DNA from: Calcarisporiella thermophila CBS 279.70
Taxonomy: Eukaryota > Fungi > Calcarisporiellomycota
Direction: 5' to 3'
Assembly (NCBI RefSeq): GCF_041956535.1
Contig: NW_027192191.1
Location: forward strand, 1,440,610 to 1,504,609
DNA: 64,000 bases
Every line of letters starts with the position of its first letter. Position 1 is the first letter of the stretch. Made by a program: the position numbers and the translations under genes. The notes beneath the pieces are model-generated. The model saw nothing but the letters and a program-made list of their open reading frames with translations. It ran no database searches and had not been told where the DNA came from. Below are positions 23,266-36,234 of the stretch, piece by piece.

Positions 23266-26200
23266 ATGGCAGTCAATTCCATGCTCTCCTCGGCTTGTGT
23301 CTTCTTAGTTCCCAAGCGGACCATTCCCATTCCAAGTCAATCGTCGATCCGAATCGCTCGTTTACCACAAACACAGCTCCGATCCCCGGCGAACTATGGC
23401 TGGCTTCGATGCTCGAGCATCAGTGCACGTTATTACACATCACCGGGGCGTGCGCCGATTCATCGGGATCGGAGATGGCTCTCAACGAGAAACTCGAATG
23501 AGCTCGGCCCACACGAAAAGGGGCACAATTCGATAGAAGCCCTCGGAAGGAGACGGTCTCCATCGAATGGAGCACCCGCAAGCAGCGGGGCGAATAATTC
23601 AGGGGAGGGGGAAGGGACCGGCGGCGATGATCATGGTCATGGACGCGATCCCAAGGACGGAAGCGAAGGAGGAAGTGGCAGCAACGGGGAAGGAGGGGCT
23701 CAGAGCGGAAGCGGCGGATCAGGTGGTGGCGAGAGCGGTAGCGGGGGAGGAGGTTCACCATTCGACGGAATGCCCCGCACTTTGAACGTGTTAGAGAACT
23801 CCCTCCAAAAGCCCTCTATACCCGACAATTACCCCCAAGTCCTAGCCCTCCCTATCACACGTCGCCCCCTCTTCCCAGGCTTTTACAAGGCTGTTGTTGT
23901 GAAGAACCCACAGGTCACCGCTGCCATTAAGGAGCTGGTAAAGCGGGGACAGCCGTATGTGGGAGCTTTCTTGTTGAAGGACGAGGAACAAGACGTCGAT
24001 ATTGTGAGCGCTGAGGACCAAGTGTATAAGGTGGGCGTCTTTGCGCAGATCACAAACGTGTTCCCGGCAGGGAACGCAGACGACCAGTCTTTGACCGCTG
24101 TATTATATCCACATCGCCGGATCCGGATGTCCGAGCTTATCACTCCAGGGGCGAGCGAGGATGGCGCGCCCAAGCCAGCTCAGGCCAAGATAGAAGAGCT
24201 GCCAGAGGAACCTGCAGTGGCTGGTGGTGAAGGTGAGTCCGCCTATCCATACCCGTCAACTTAAAAGTATGTTTTTTTTTTCCCTCCCTTAATTAATAAC
24301 TCTATATAGAAACAGCTATCGAAAAATCGCAAGAGCAATCACCCCAGCAGCAACAGCAGCAGCAGGCTCAATATGCTACCACATTCCTCCGTAACTATGC
24401 GGTATCGCTTGCAAACGTGGAGAATCTTGCGGATGAGCCTCACAGCAAACGCAACCGGCTTGTACGCGCCGTCACCTCGGAAATTGTGGCCGTCTTCAAG
24501 GACATTGCCGCACTGAACCCGCTCTTCCGGGACCAGATTGCGAACTTTTCGATGTCGCACGCTGCAAGCAACATCTTCGAGGAGCCGGCTAAGCTCGCCG
24601 ATTTTGCTGCCGCCGTTTCCGCGGGCGAGCCACGCGAGCTGCAAGAGGTGCTTGAGAGTCTGGTGATTGAGGAGCGGTTGCAGAAGGCGCTTCTGGTGCT
24701 GAAGAAAGAGCTGCTCAATGCTCAACTACAGAACAAGATTAGCAAGGATGTGGAGAGTAAAATTGCCAAGCGGCAGCGAGAGTACTATCTAATGGAGCAG
24801 CTGAAGGGGATCAAGCGTGAGCTGGGGATCGAGACGGACGGGAAGGAGAAGCTGGTCGAAAGCTTCAAGGAGAAGGCGGAGAAGCTTGCTATGCCCGAGC
24901 AAGTGAAGAAGGTGTTCGAGGAGGAGGTCAACAAGCTCGCGCACCTGGAGCCCGTTGCTTCGGAGTTCAATGTCACGCGTAATTACCTGGACTGGTTGAC
25001 CCAGATCCCGTGGGGTCGGCGCTCGATGGAGAACTACAATATCCAGCATGCCGTTTCGGTGCTGAACGAAGACCACCACGGTCTACAAGACGTGAAGGAT
25101 CGGATATTGGAATTCATTGCCGTAGGGAAGCTGCGAGGAACGGTGGAGGGGAAGATTTTGTGCTTGGTTGGGCCTCCTGGTGTCGGAAAGGTAAATTAGG
25201 AGAAGAGAATTTTAGGCGAGAATATGTCTTACTAAATCAACCATTATTGCGTTTCCTTCCCCCTCCCTCTCCCTCCCCCCCCTTTTTTTTGGGCATAGAC
25301 TTCTATTGGCAAATCTATTGCTCGTGCCCTCAACCGTGAATTCTATCGCTTTAGTGTTGGCGGTCTTACAGATGTGGCTGAAATTAAGGGCCACCGTCGC
25401 ACCTACGTCGGTGCAATGCCTGGGAAGGTGATCCAGGCGTTGAAGAAGGTGCAAACGGAGAATCCACTGGTGCTTATTGACGAAGGTACATTCCTCTATC
25501 TGCGGTATTGTTTTTTTTTTCATACTCACCTCCCTCTGGCTTTCTCCCTCTTGCTTAGTTGACAAAATCGGTCGTGGCCACCAAGGTGATCCCTCGTCTG
25601 CTTTGCTAGAGTTGTTGGACCCCGAGCAGAATTCCTCGTTCCTTGACCATTACATGGATGTTCCCGTTGATCTTTCCAAGGTGCTCTTCGTTTGCACTGC
25701 AAATGTCCTCGACACAATACCGGGCCCATTGCTCGACCGTATGGAAGTCATCCAACTCTCTGGATACGTTGCTGAGGAGAAACTTGCCATCGCGTCGCAG
25801 TATCTCGCGCCCCAGGCCAAGGCGGCGGCCGGATTGGAGCACGCCCACGTGGAGCTACATTCGGATGCCATGGAGGCTCTCATCAAGAACTACTGCCGAG
25901 AGAGCGGGGTCAGAAACCTGAAGAAGCACATCGATAAGGTTTATCGGAAGGCCGCCTTGAAAATCGTGCGGGACATTGCGGGGGAGGAACGGCTTCCGTC
26001 CCAAGAGCTGGATAGTCCTGAGGTGAAGGACCGGAGTCGCGTTCACGACCCTGTCTCCGCCCAGCATGACCGAGAAAAGGTGAGCATAGGGGATTCGGCC
26101 GGTGAATCCGCCAAGAGCGAAGAGAAGAAAATCACCATGAGCGAACGCAGCCCTCTAGCCGTTCCGCCCGATGTGCAAGTCGATATCACGGCGCAGAACC

Positions 26201-26916
26201 TGCAGGAGTACGTGGGGGCGCCCATCTTCCACTCCGACCGCCTCTACGATCGCACTCCCCCGGGGGTTGTGATGGGGCTGGCCTGGACTTCGATGGGAGG
26301 CTCGTCGCTCTACGTGGAGTCGGTGCTGGAGGCCGCGCTCCGCTCGCAAAACTCTCACCCGATGATTTCCAAAACGGGCCAGATGGGCGACGTGATGAAG
26401 GAATCTACCAGCATCGCGTACACCTTTGCCAAGGCATTTGTTGCGCGGCGGTGGCCCTCGAACCGATTCTTTGAGCACGCCTCCATCCACCTGCATGTCC
26501 CCGAGGGGGCAACGCCCAAGGACGGGCCGTCGGCCGGCATTACCATGGCCACCTCGCTGCTCTCGCTCGCGCTGGACCGCCCCGTGAACCCAGACGTGGC
26601 GATGACGGGCGAGCTGACGTTGACGGGCAAGGTGTTGAGGATCGGGGGGCTTCGCGAGAAGGTGGTGGCGGCGAAACGGTCCGGGGTGAAGAAGGTCATC
26701 TTCCCCAAGGCCAACATCTCGGACTGGGAGGAGCTGCCCGACTACGTGAAAGAGGGGGTGGAGGGGGTTCCGGTGGAGTGGTATAACGAGGTGTTTGGGG
26801 AGTGTTTTGGCGAGGTGGACGGGGATGCTGTGGGCAAGGAGGTGTGGGGCCCGTATTTCGACCGAGTTTTAGACAAGAAGGCGGACGTTGACCAGGACGA
26901 GGGCATTGTGGCGTGA
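23266..26916 (+). CDS. PIM1: Mitochondrial Lon protease
   Basis: Arg/Ser-rich presequence, LON N-domain ([12 protein letters not shown]), Walker A GPPGVGK|TS, Walker B VLIDE, catalytic PKDGPSAG and IGGLREK. Three introns. Start ATG at 23266 or 23281. Confidence 0.97.
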
Positions 26917-27917
26917 TAAACCTTTTAGAGCTCTTTTTATTTTTTTATTCTCTATTTCATCCTATTTTATCGTTGGCCATCTTTGGTTTCCTAGAGGGTG
27001 GAGAGGGAGGGGAAGAGAATAAAAGCAACCATCTGTATCTTCCATGCTCCATTCGGGCTGAGTGTGTAAATAAAGCATCTTGTTTGCTACGGCCCATGCA
27101 ACTGCAAATGCCAAACACGTATTCACGCAAGGAGAGGTGCGTCAAGCATGGGGGGAGGATGCCGATAGAGCCGCGTGCGCCGTGCACCACGGGCTGAGGG
27201 GGACGCGCGGCGCTATTTCAAGCAGCTTAATTGACGGCCGGCGGGACAAGGGCACAGGGGGGAGGATACATCGGTGTGCGAAAGCCAATTAAGTTTGTTG
27301 CACCGAAGGTTTCTTTAGGTCAATGCGGGACAAGAACAAGTTTAATTAATGTTTTGCTTTCTAAGTAAGGTTGCCGTTAATTCGCTCACTGCACACGCGT
27401 TTTCAGGGCCAGTTTTTTTTTGTTGTTGTTGGTGTTGTAACCACCTCTTTCTGCTCTGGTTCATTTCGCTTTCTTCGCCTCCATTCCTTTAGCTCCATTC
27501 CTCGGTTCCTGGCTGCTCCCGCCCCTCATCCGCTATCTGAAAAGGAGCCGGGTTTAAAGCTTTCTTCAAGCTAGACCGTTAAGGATCGGGTCTCCTGTTA
27601 AAAGCTGAATCATAACATTACCTTTTATTTTTTACCATTAATCCAACTTCTCGAAAAATTTTTTTCTCCCTGTTCCTTCTTGTTCTCTCCACTGACCGAC
27701 TGCACCCATTCACTTCTCTCATTCACTTCTCTCCTGCTTACTGCTAGAATCATTTCTGATTGATTTAGGCTCGTCCTGTTTTAATTCCATTTCATTAGTT
27801 TGCCACCGCATTCATATTCCCTTCAATTCAACACTAGTTAGGATTTTGATTTTGATTTCCTTTATTGTAATCTACACCCATCCCACCATTCTTGTTTGCT
27901 TCCTGCGAATTAACACA

Positions 27918-29272
27918 ATGACGAAGCGAACACACCTGCCCGTAACTCCAATTGTCCAGGCGGTAATCATAGTTTTGGCCGAGGCCGGAGAACCGCTCCC
28001 GCTCTCCTTCATTGTCGGTAAGTCTATTGACCACTCCCATTGCTTCGCCTGTGTCTTTTCTAAACCGCATATCTGTGTGTTCTTCTATATTGAAAGACAA
28101 GATCAAGACAAAAGCTCTCCATGATTTAAAGTAAGTCAAGAATTCATTCCCTAAATTACCCAATCATGCATATTGGAATGAACTCATCCTGAATGATTTC
28201 TCCATTTTCTAGAGGACAAACCCCCAAGAACACTGTGAGCGGCGAGATTAGCAAATACCTTGCCAGTTTCAAAAATAGGAATGCCGCGCCCCTCATTCGG
28301 TATGGCCAAGGGCGGAACACACGTTTCGGACTGCGCACAAAAGTTGCCGCCGCCTTGTTAAAGAACATGCAGGATAGGCAAGCGTCACTTAAGCGAGCCG
28401 CTCGAAGATGTCCTCAAGATAGGCAAGACATCGAGCCAGTGCCTTGCGTGGAAAATCAACAGGAAATAGAAGCTGAAATAGAATCGAGCAGGGATGGTGG
28501 CAAATGGACGAGGGACGACTCCAGCTCGCCCGCCTCTTCGCCCCCGCGGACGTCTGACTTTGAGGAGGCGGTTTACAACAGCACTGTCACCACTTCCAGC
28601 CCTCCGGCTCGGACCCCCTCACCTTGCAGCCAGCTGTCCTCAGACCGCTCCTCGTATTCCCCTGGTTGTTCCTCTCCAGGCCCGGAGCACTTCTCCGCTA
28701 TTTCCTCGTCATGCGAGGAGAGCGAGGGAGAAGAGGAGGCTGAGTACAGCACGAAGCAAGGCGAGATCGCCTTATCCAGCGAAGATAGATTGATCGAGTA
28801 CGGAAACGCCCTGATGCGAACAAACCCCCTCTGCGCTCTTCTCTTGGCCGCGGAGTCATCGGCCTGCCCCTTTCTCAGCTATGCTAAGCTCGAGCAACAC
28901 CACGCATCATTATTGCTCACCGACTCCCTCTTTACTCCTGTACTCCCCTTTGCCCACCGTGACTCCTCATATTCTTCAGAAGCGCTACCTCCACTCTCAT
29001 ACCCGTCGGCTGCATCGTATCCCATGGATTGGGATGCGAGTGGAGACCACCTTTATTCCAGGGGAGCCACCAGCCGCAGTTTGTCATGTGATGCTTCTGC
29101 TGGGGTGCGTCCCCCACTTTCCCAGCCGATGGCTGCGACGCTCTCCTCCCCCCCAAGCCATGTTCGAAGCAGTTTGCACCTGCATCAGCATCAAGCGCCC
29201 ACACAAGTTGACACTCTGCGGTCCAAGAGAGCCGTGTCCCTTGCCAGTGCAACCGCGTTCACAACCGACTGA
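27918..29272 (+). CDS. Protein with N-terminal HARE-HTH (ASXL/HB1-type winged helix) domain and Ser-rich tail
   Basis: Exons 27918-28017, 28097-28130, 28213-29272 give IVQAVIIVLAEAGEPLPLSFIVDKIKTKALHDLKGQTPKNTVSGEISKY…RFGL, the HARE-HTH pattern (GxTPxxT). Confidence 0.7.
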
Positions 29273-30151
29273 GGGGCCATCGACATATCCGCGTCTATTT
29301 TGTTTTAACTCATAATTTGGTATATATATGTGTGTTTTTTTAATCAGTAGTGTCTCCTTTATACTCTTGATTAGCTATTATCTCTCTTTTTTAATTAATT
29401 CTATGTTTTGCTTTGACCACCCTTCCTCCCTTCCCTCTCCTCCCCCACACTGTTATATGGATGAGTTTTTTGATGCGCGCTAGATGAGATTAGATGACGG
29501 AAGAGAGCGGAAGTGTGTGGGGGGATTCCAAGCATGTACTATAATGGCATTTTCATCCTCCATCATTTTTCTCCCATTTATCTTCACTTTCTCTTGGCCA
29601 GCCCGTTATAGTAATAAATAAATGACTCCCACCCACCCGGCCTGCTACTTTCTTCTACGAGACCAACATGACTGCTCACTTTTTAAAACCCGGTAGGTCA
29701 CAAAAAGGCACCCGCATCGTTTGATTTGTGATGTGTCTGGGAAAATACGCATTGGTAGAGCATCCACCGCACATTGATTGCCACCACCCTGCGGCGCAGC
29801 ATGTTTGTGCTGTTTATGTTGGCTCAGCTTCGTTCGGGCCGTCTTCTGCTCCATTGAGGCCATCATTTATTTACATTCATTTCTGCGCTCGCCGCATCCC
29901 CTCTCCTCTCCACCAGAGACATCTATTTCAATTCCGAGCTCGGTTTGCTCTTCCAAACTTTCTCTGGCTCTGGTGCCTCAAGCTTAGACTTGCTTTATTT
30001 ATTTTCACCCGCACTTTTCAACCCTCTACTTAGTTGCCACCGCTTGCCAATCCGCTTGGATAGCCCCCACCCAAGTCATCATTTCTAGCTTGTTTCCTCC
30101 AATTGACGCTCACCCTGCAAGCAAAGCCCGACGAACAACATCAGCATAAGG

Positions 30152-30832
30152 ATGATGATGTTCCTTACCACCTCCACCTGGAACCGCCAACATCGTCTTT
30201 CCGCGGTAAGGGAAGACCGCGACCCGCAGTCTCGCCATCGTTCCTTGGATGAGGAGGCCCATTCTGCCGCAGCTGTGATGGCCCGCTGGGCGAGCTTATA
30301 CCATCGCCGCCCCCCACGTCCGCGTCCTCGGTTGCCTGCAACCCCGGAGAGTACCAATGATGTGAAGGAAAATGATGAAAAGGAAGAGGAAGAGGAAGAA
30401 GAGGAGGAGGAGAAGTTCAGAGAGTGGACTCCTCTCAGCTTTGCATCTGAATGGAGTGATGACCCCACCGCCCGCATCTCTCCGCCATATACACCCTCCC
30501 AATCCTCGGCCTCATCCAACTCCTACGGTTTCCCATCCTCTCCCTCTGCAGCTGCCGCCGCTGGTTCGGCATCTTCCTCCTCCTCCGCCTCTTCCTCTTC
30601 CTCCTCCTCCTCCTCCTCCTCTACCCCAACGACCGGCCAAAGACGGAGGCGCGGTACCCGTGTCATGCCCGTCTGCAAAGTATGTGGTGCCACCTTCAAC
30701 AGAGTTTATGATTTGCATAGACATATGCGACGGCATATGGGCGATGGCGGCGTGCGGTGTGAGGTATGTGGGAAGCAATTTACGAGACGGGATGCACTGT
30801 TACGGCACTTGCGTAGAAAACTTCACGGTTAG
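30152..30832 (+). CDS. C2H2 zinc-finger transcription factor (two C-terminal fingers)
   Basis: CKVCGATFNRVYDLHRHMRRH and CEVCGKQFTRRDALLRHLRRKLH; poly-Glu and poly-Ser tracts. Confidence 0.88.
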   Translation: MMMFLTTSTWNRQHRLSAVREDRDPQSRHRSLDEEAHSAAAVMARWASLYHRRPPRPRPRLPATPESTNDVKENDEKEEEEEEEEEEKFREWTPLSFASEWSDDPTARISPPYTPSQSSASSNSYGFPSSPSAAAAAGSASSSSSASSSSSSSSSSSTPTTGQRRRRGTRVMPVCKVCGATFNRVYDLHRHMRRHMGDGGVRCEVCGKQFTRRDALLRHLRRKLHG

Positions 30833-31135
30833 AATAGAAAGATAGAGCTATTTATTTTTTTTTTAATTGTCTTGCTGTATTCGGCCTCTTAGTTACGGTA
30901 CCATCTAAAAATTTTTGTGTGTATTTCTCACTTTTATTTTTATTCTTATTTTTGTTGTTTCTTTCTTTTTTTTTTTCCTTATCTATTGTACATACTAAAA
31001 CAATGGGGGGCGACTCTTCTTATAGATCCATAATATACAGGAAATTTATGGTTTACTTCCCTGATTATTTTAAACAAATAGTACACAACACATAGATAAT
31101 ACAAGGAAATTCACGGGGAAAAATTAGGCCCTGTT

Positions 31136-31865
31136 TTATCGTGCCTCTTCTAGTTTCTGGACTTCCTCTAGCTCGTTTGTCAGCGCTTTTACCTGATCAA
31201 CGACAAAGGCGAAGCTGTCACTCAATGGGGTCACTACAGCAAAAGCGAAAAAAGGGTTGTAGGCCGGGTTATTGAACTACTAAAGTAGAGGCGAGAGAGA
31301 GCCAGACTACCCTACCATTGTGTTCGTTAGCGATAGTCTCTAGATACCCCAATCGCTCTTTTAGTTTTTTCATCCTCTCATGCTGCTTGCAGGTTTTCCG
31401 CATCTCCATTTTGAGTCTATAGTTAAAGGCCTTGGCGGCAATAATACGCCGGCGATAAAGATCAAGCTCCTCGTCGAGTGCATTTTCTTCTTCTTCCCGC
31501 ACCTGATAGTCAAGGCCCTAATAATGAAGAGACGCGAGGTGGATGAGGAACTATTATGAAGAGCATGTAAATAATCCAAATCGCACCTGCTGGTGCTTTA
31601 AAAGCGTCCCCTCTGGCACGGAGAAAACATTTTTCAGCACATATAATTCAAATAGATCGAAATTCTTATCCACGTTGGCCTCGAGGAGCGTTTCTGCCAG
31701 GTGCATTCCGGCATCATCTGGCTTGCCTGTCATGTTTTCAACGAACTCAGCCAAATTCTCCGTGGCCTTGTAGACGATGCTGTTGACAGCATTGATAACT
31801 TCATCTACGAATGTGAGCGGGAGAAAATTAAGGTGTTCGGTGATAAGCTCATTGGTGTCTGTCAT
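31136..31865 (-). CDS. MIS12: Kinetochore protein Mis12/Mtw1
   Basis: LITEHLNFLPLTFVDEVINAVN…ETLLEANVDKNFDLFELYVLKNVFSVP, then coiled-coil exons. Two introns. Confidence 0.92.
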
Positions 31866-32009
31866 GGGATTCTGATTTATTGTGTTAAACGCGGTATTAA
31901 TTAAACGCGACCAGCATTAGAAGATGGTTGCTGCGGACTGGCAGTCACATTTTACATAAATCTATTTTGCGCTACCTTAATAAAATGAAAAGAGGGGACC
32001 TCTTCGACC

Positions 32010-34112
32010 ATGCTACTGGAACCAGGACATGACCTCCACCACAGGCTTCTCTTCGGGTTACGTCAAGTACTCCACCCAGAATGTTCTCCAGAATGTGCCA
32101 AGACTCTCGAATCGGTAGCAAAAGCACTCGCCACCTCGCGCCCCCAGGAAGGATGGTAAATTCCAGAATTCAGAGAGCGTTTATTTAGTTGGTAATAAAC
32201 TAGATATTAACATTAATCAGGGAGGTACGAGACACGGAGGTGTGGATTGCTTTTTCTGATGCATACGGCAATCTATCGAAACTGTTTGAGGAGGATTCTG
32301 GGCTGAAAATGAATGACATTGAGGAAGTTATGCTCGGAATTTTGAAGGTGACCCGGAATCTAGCAGCCGGAGTGCCGAAAAACCAGAGAGAAATATTGTA
32401 GGAGCGTTTGAACCGACTTAATTTTGGGTTTTGAACTAATCTTTTCTTATTCTTTCATCCAGCGAAAGAGGCTCATTTGAGATCATAGTGGGATGGGTTA
32501 AGAAGTTAAACGCAGAGACGTTGGAGACAAGTAATGACAAACGTATCTATCTAAAAATGAATACCGCTTCCTTTCTTCCTCACATTGTCTTCTAACGTCC
32601 TGTGTCCGATACTAGGCAAACTATTACTTCGCATTGCCCTCCAAACTCTTTCAAATACCGTTACCGCTAATGAAGAATTGATTAAACGCGCGTGGAACCT
32701 CTGGATTTGTGACGATGTTATTGGGTATTAAAAGTTTTTTTGACTCCACTGGCGGTTATTGCTCATGCTTATTTTGATGATAGTGGGCTATTAAGAAGAG
32801 AAGATAATGACCTCTTCGAGGTGTCCATGATATGTCTAAACAATAACCTAGCAGGAAGCAAAGAACAAAGGTTGGGAGACCTATATCGTTTCATAAAGAT
32901 GTCCTCCGCCTGCTCACTGTTCTTTTTTTTTGGAGGCAGTATGCTGTTCGTGAGCTCAGATTTTGGTCGTCAAACGCTTGAACTCTGCTTGTTAAAATCA
33001 GAGCACCTTCTTCATGATGAATCGCAAAATTTTGAGAGAGTGTAGGTGGATGCTTATAGTCCTCTTGTCGTTGATGCTAACCCTAACGTTTCCAATGTAG
33101 ACACGATACCGTATCTATTTTAGTCCGCCATAATCTGGCCTCCAAAATTTGGTCTCTCCTCCGCTCTCCAAATAAGTAAGCCAAACCAAAGTATTTGCAT
33201 AACTCTACTCTATCTAACAACATAGCGCTTTATAGCCAAACCCCTCTTTCGCCGGCGCAGATACCGTTCCTAAAATTCTACGCAGAGCACACACAAATAC
33301 CATCCGAACTAGAGACCGAATGGTTCTGTCGTGAATTCTTAAAGATATCAGATCATTTTTCAGTGCTACTAGACCAGATAACCAATAGCAAGAGCAATCT
33401 TAAAGAAGCGGATGGAGATGGCCGTTCGAGTGATAATACTAGTGGTTCAACATTGGATGTCGAGAGCATGAGCCAGCTGCATGCTGGGCTTGTGCTCATG
33501 CTTCAAGTCCTTGCTCGCACTGCAGAGCAAGTGGGCGACATTATGCTGAGAGAGGGCATTGTGGACCGCTGTGTCACCCTCTTAGGACAATGCGAGAAAT
33601 CTCTTCCGCGAGCATCCAAACCGGCCAACGTCACTCTGACCCATGAGGAAGAGGAGAGCGCGGCAAAAGGATTTATGTACATTCGACGGGATCTTGTCAG
33701 GGTCATCGGTAACATGGCCCATGGACGCCGGGCAGTGCAGGATAAAGTGCGGGAGCTAGGTGGCGTTCCACTTATCCTCAACCAGGCGAATATTGACGAC
33801 TACAATCCATGTGAGTTCAAATCGTTTTGCTTGTCACTCCCCTTTCCCCTTCCTTAATATCACATTTCATGATCTTTCAAAAGGACTGGCCCTTTATTTT
33901 TGCTAATTCCTCTCTGTTTTCATAAAGATATCCGCGAATACACAATACTGGCGATCCGCAACCTCATGGCTGACAACGCAGAGAATCAGCAATTCCTCAA
34001 GGATCTCAGACCGATCGGGGCTGCTCAACACCCCGTTCTTCAGGAGGTGGGGTATCGAACCGAATTGGCCCCCGATGGGACAGTGCGGGTTGTGAGGGCC
34101 AAGAGGGATTAG
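32010..34112 (+). CDS. ATXN10: Ataxin-10 / Ctr86 homolog (ARM repeats), many short exons
   Basis: C-terminal signature RDLVRVIGNMAH…VQDKVRELGGVPLILNQANIDDYNP|YIREYTILAIRNLMADNAENQ; an upstream exon reads LKVTRNLAAGVPKNQ. Confidence 0.88.
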
Positions 34113-34405
34113 GGGGTGCACAAAAGGCTATTTATTTGTATGCATTTACCTGGCGTGTAGCAGAAATGTGTTCATTAAGAAGGGGCTTTTTTGTTTTGTG
34201 TGTTTAATAAATCGACAAGCAAAGGCAAAAAGATATAGACAGGAAATATAATTGAAAGGCGGCAACTACTATGACAAATATTAAATTTGCTTTAAAAGAG
34301 AATTATTCCAAATTATTGTGTTGATATAGTGACAAATATGTTATTGATTAAAAAAAAAAAATGAAATGCCCATTACTAGAAACATTGCTCGGCGTTGGTC
34401 ATCAG

Positions 34406-35752
34406 TTACTGGGCGATTTTTATGTCCAGTACAATAGGCGAGGCTTCTTTCGACTTGTAGCCAGCTTTCTCAAAAAGCATATCTCCAGACGTTGAGCGCT
34501 GCTCTTTTCGCTCCTTCAGTTCAATATTTCTATAGTCCCCGCCCCAACAAATGAAATGCAGGAGAATTGACATTAGCAATATTATTGGCGAAATAGGATC
34601 GAGCAGTCTACTTACGTATACCACGCCCCACCTATTAACGTGAGCAAGATCCCCACTCCATTCATCCCTGATATCCGCAAATTAAAAATCAGTACCGAAA
34701 GCACAATGGTCAGGACTTGTTTGACGTTCGCCGCCACTGTCATAGTTAGTGCGCTAGTCCGCTTGTTCGCCGTAAAGCTCACAATATTTAAGAAAAACGC
34801 AATGAAACCATTGGCCAGGAGGACACCCACGAGTAAATAGGCCGAATGGAAATCCAACTCTCGGAAGAACGTGAATAAATCTGCGAGCTCGCCCGTGAGC
34901 TGAGCATATACCATGGTCTGGAGAAAAGCCAGGGGAGACATACGCAGGAGAAGATCAAGAGGATGTAGCTTGAAACGCCCCACCTGGAGGAGGGCGATGA
35001 AAGATAAGAATGGCTGAAAACCAAGTTCCAAGGGCTGGCTTTTTACCTGGACTCGATTCGCAATCACGGTCTTTAGTGCCGCAAGGATGGTGCCGAGAAC
35101 GGTGAGAAAAAACCCCATAGGGGTGAAGTTGTAATCACCAAAGGTTGCAAACGCAACCCCAAGAACAACGGGAATAAGAGAGATATAGATCACTACCGAG
35201 TAGCTTTTCTTCAGAAAAACTATCGATAGGAGAATGGTAAAGAGGGGGGTTATGGCCCTCACGACTTGATGGAACTAGTGGAGGGTACAGCCCCTACAGT
35301 CAATACTCCCATTCGCATCCTAACATATCAATACAGAATGATTTACCGGAACAGTGACCAGATTTCTAAAACCACGTAGAAAGCAGGATTAGCACAGCGA
35401 AAGGCGAAGGAACAGCCGCCCTGTCAAGATAATATCATACTTACAGAGACACGTTACTAATAGCTATGTTTATCGTGTATAGGACCGAGAACACGAGCAT
35501 AATCAGGCTTTCTCGATCTCCCAGCTTGGTTGGCCTGAAGTATCCCAGTTTTAAGCATGCGACCGCGCCGAATGTTCCAAATAGCGTGTGGATACCCGTC
35601 AGAGTCCATGGGAAGCCGAAATCGAACAGCTGCATAACAATCTTATTATAAATGGTGAGAAAGAGGTTAAGGACGAAGTAGAGGACGAGCCAATTATAGG
35701 AAGGGTCAAATGGAGGCAAGCGGATGGAAGAGCACAGGTGGAGAACCGGCAT
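34406..35752 (-). CDS. Triose-phosphate/nucleotide-sugar transporter family (SLC35E-like)
   Basis: YFVLNLFLTIYNK…FPWTLTGIH…NIAISNVSL|NLVTVP|FHQVVRAITPLFT…TSALTMTVAANVKQVLTIVLS. Includes a 19-nt micro-exon 35365-35347. Start uncertain. Confidence 0.88.
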
Positions 35753-36234
35753 TATGATAGAGGGATGCGGGCAGGGTATATAGGAGAGGAGATGGCAAAA
35801 AGCGCGAAGTAATGGGGTGTTGAATAGGGAGGAAGCACGCTGCTCTCAAATGAGACGTGTCTACGGTGCTTTTCTCTTTACTACTACTTGGGAAAATAAA
35901 ATTTGTAGACACGGCAAAAGATGAGAGCAGGAGGAAGCAGGCGGCGTCTCGATATCGACATAAAGTAGTATGAGGGACAGGGTGGCAAGAAAAATACCAG
36001 AGGTGCAGCTGATAATTGGGAGTTTAAGTGAACGCAACCGCAACTACGCGTCAAAGAAGAAAGAACACAGTGCACCAACGAGAAAGGAGTGAAGAGTCTC
36101 GTCAGAAAATATGCAGATATGAGGGTATTGCAGGTTGCAGATTTGATCTTGCTCCAGAGCCTTTTTCCGAAGTAAAGGGTGGCTTTTCCCCCCTCCCCTC
36201 TATCCATTCCTTCCCTCTCTCCTCCCCTACACTA

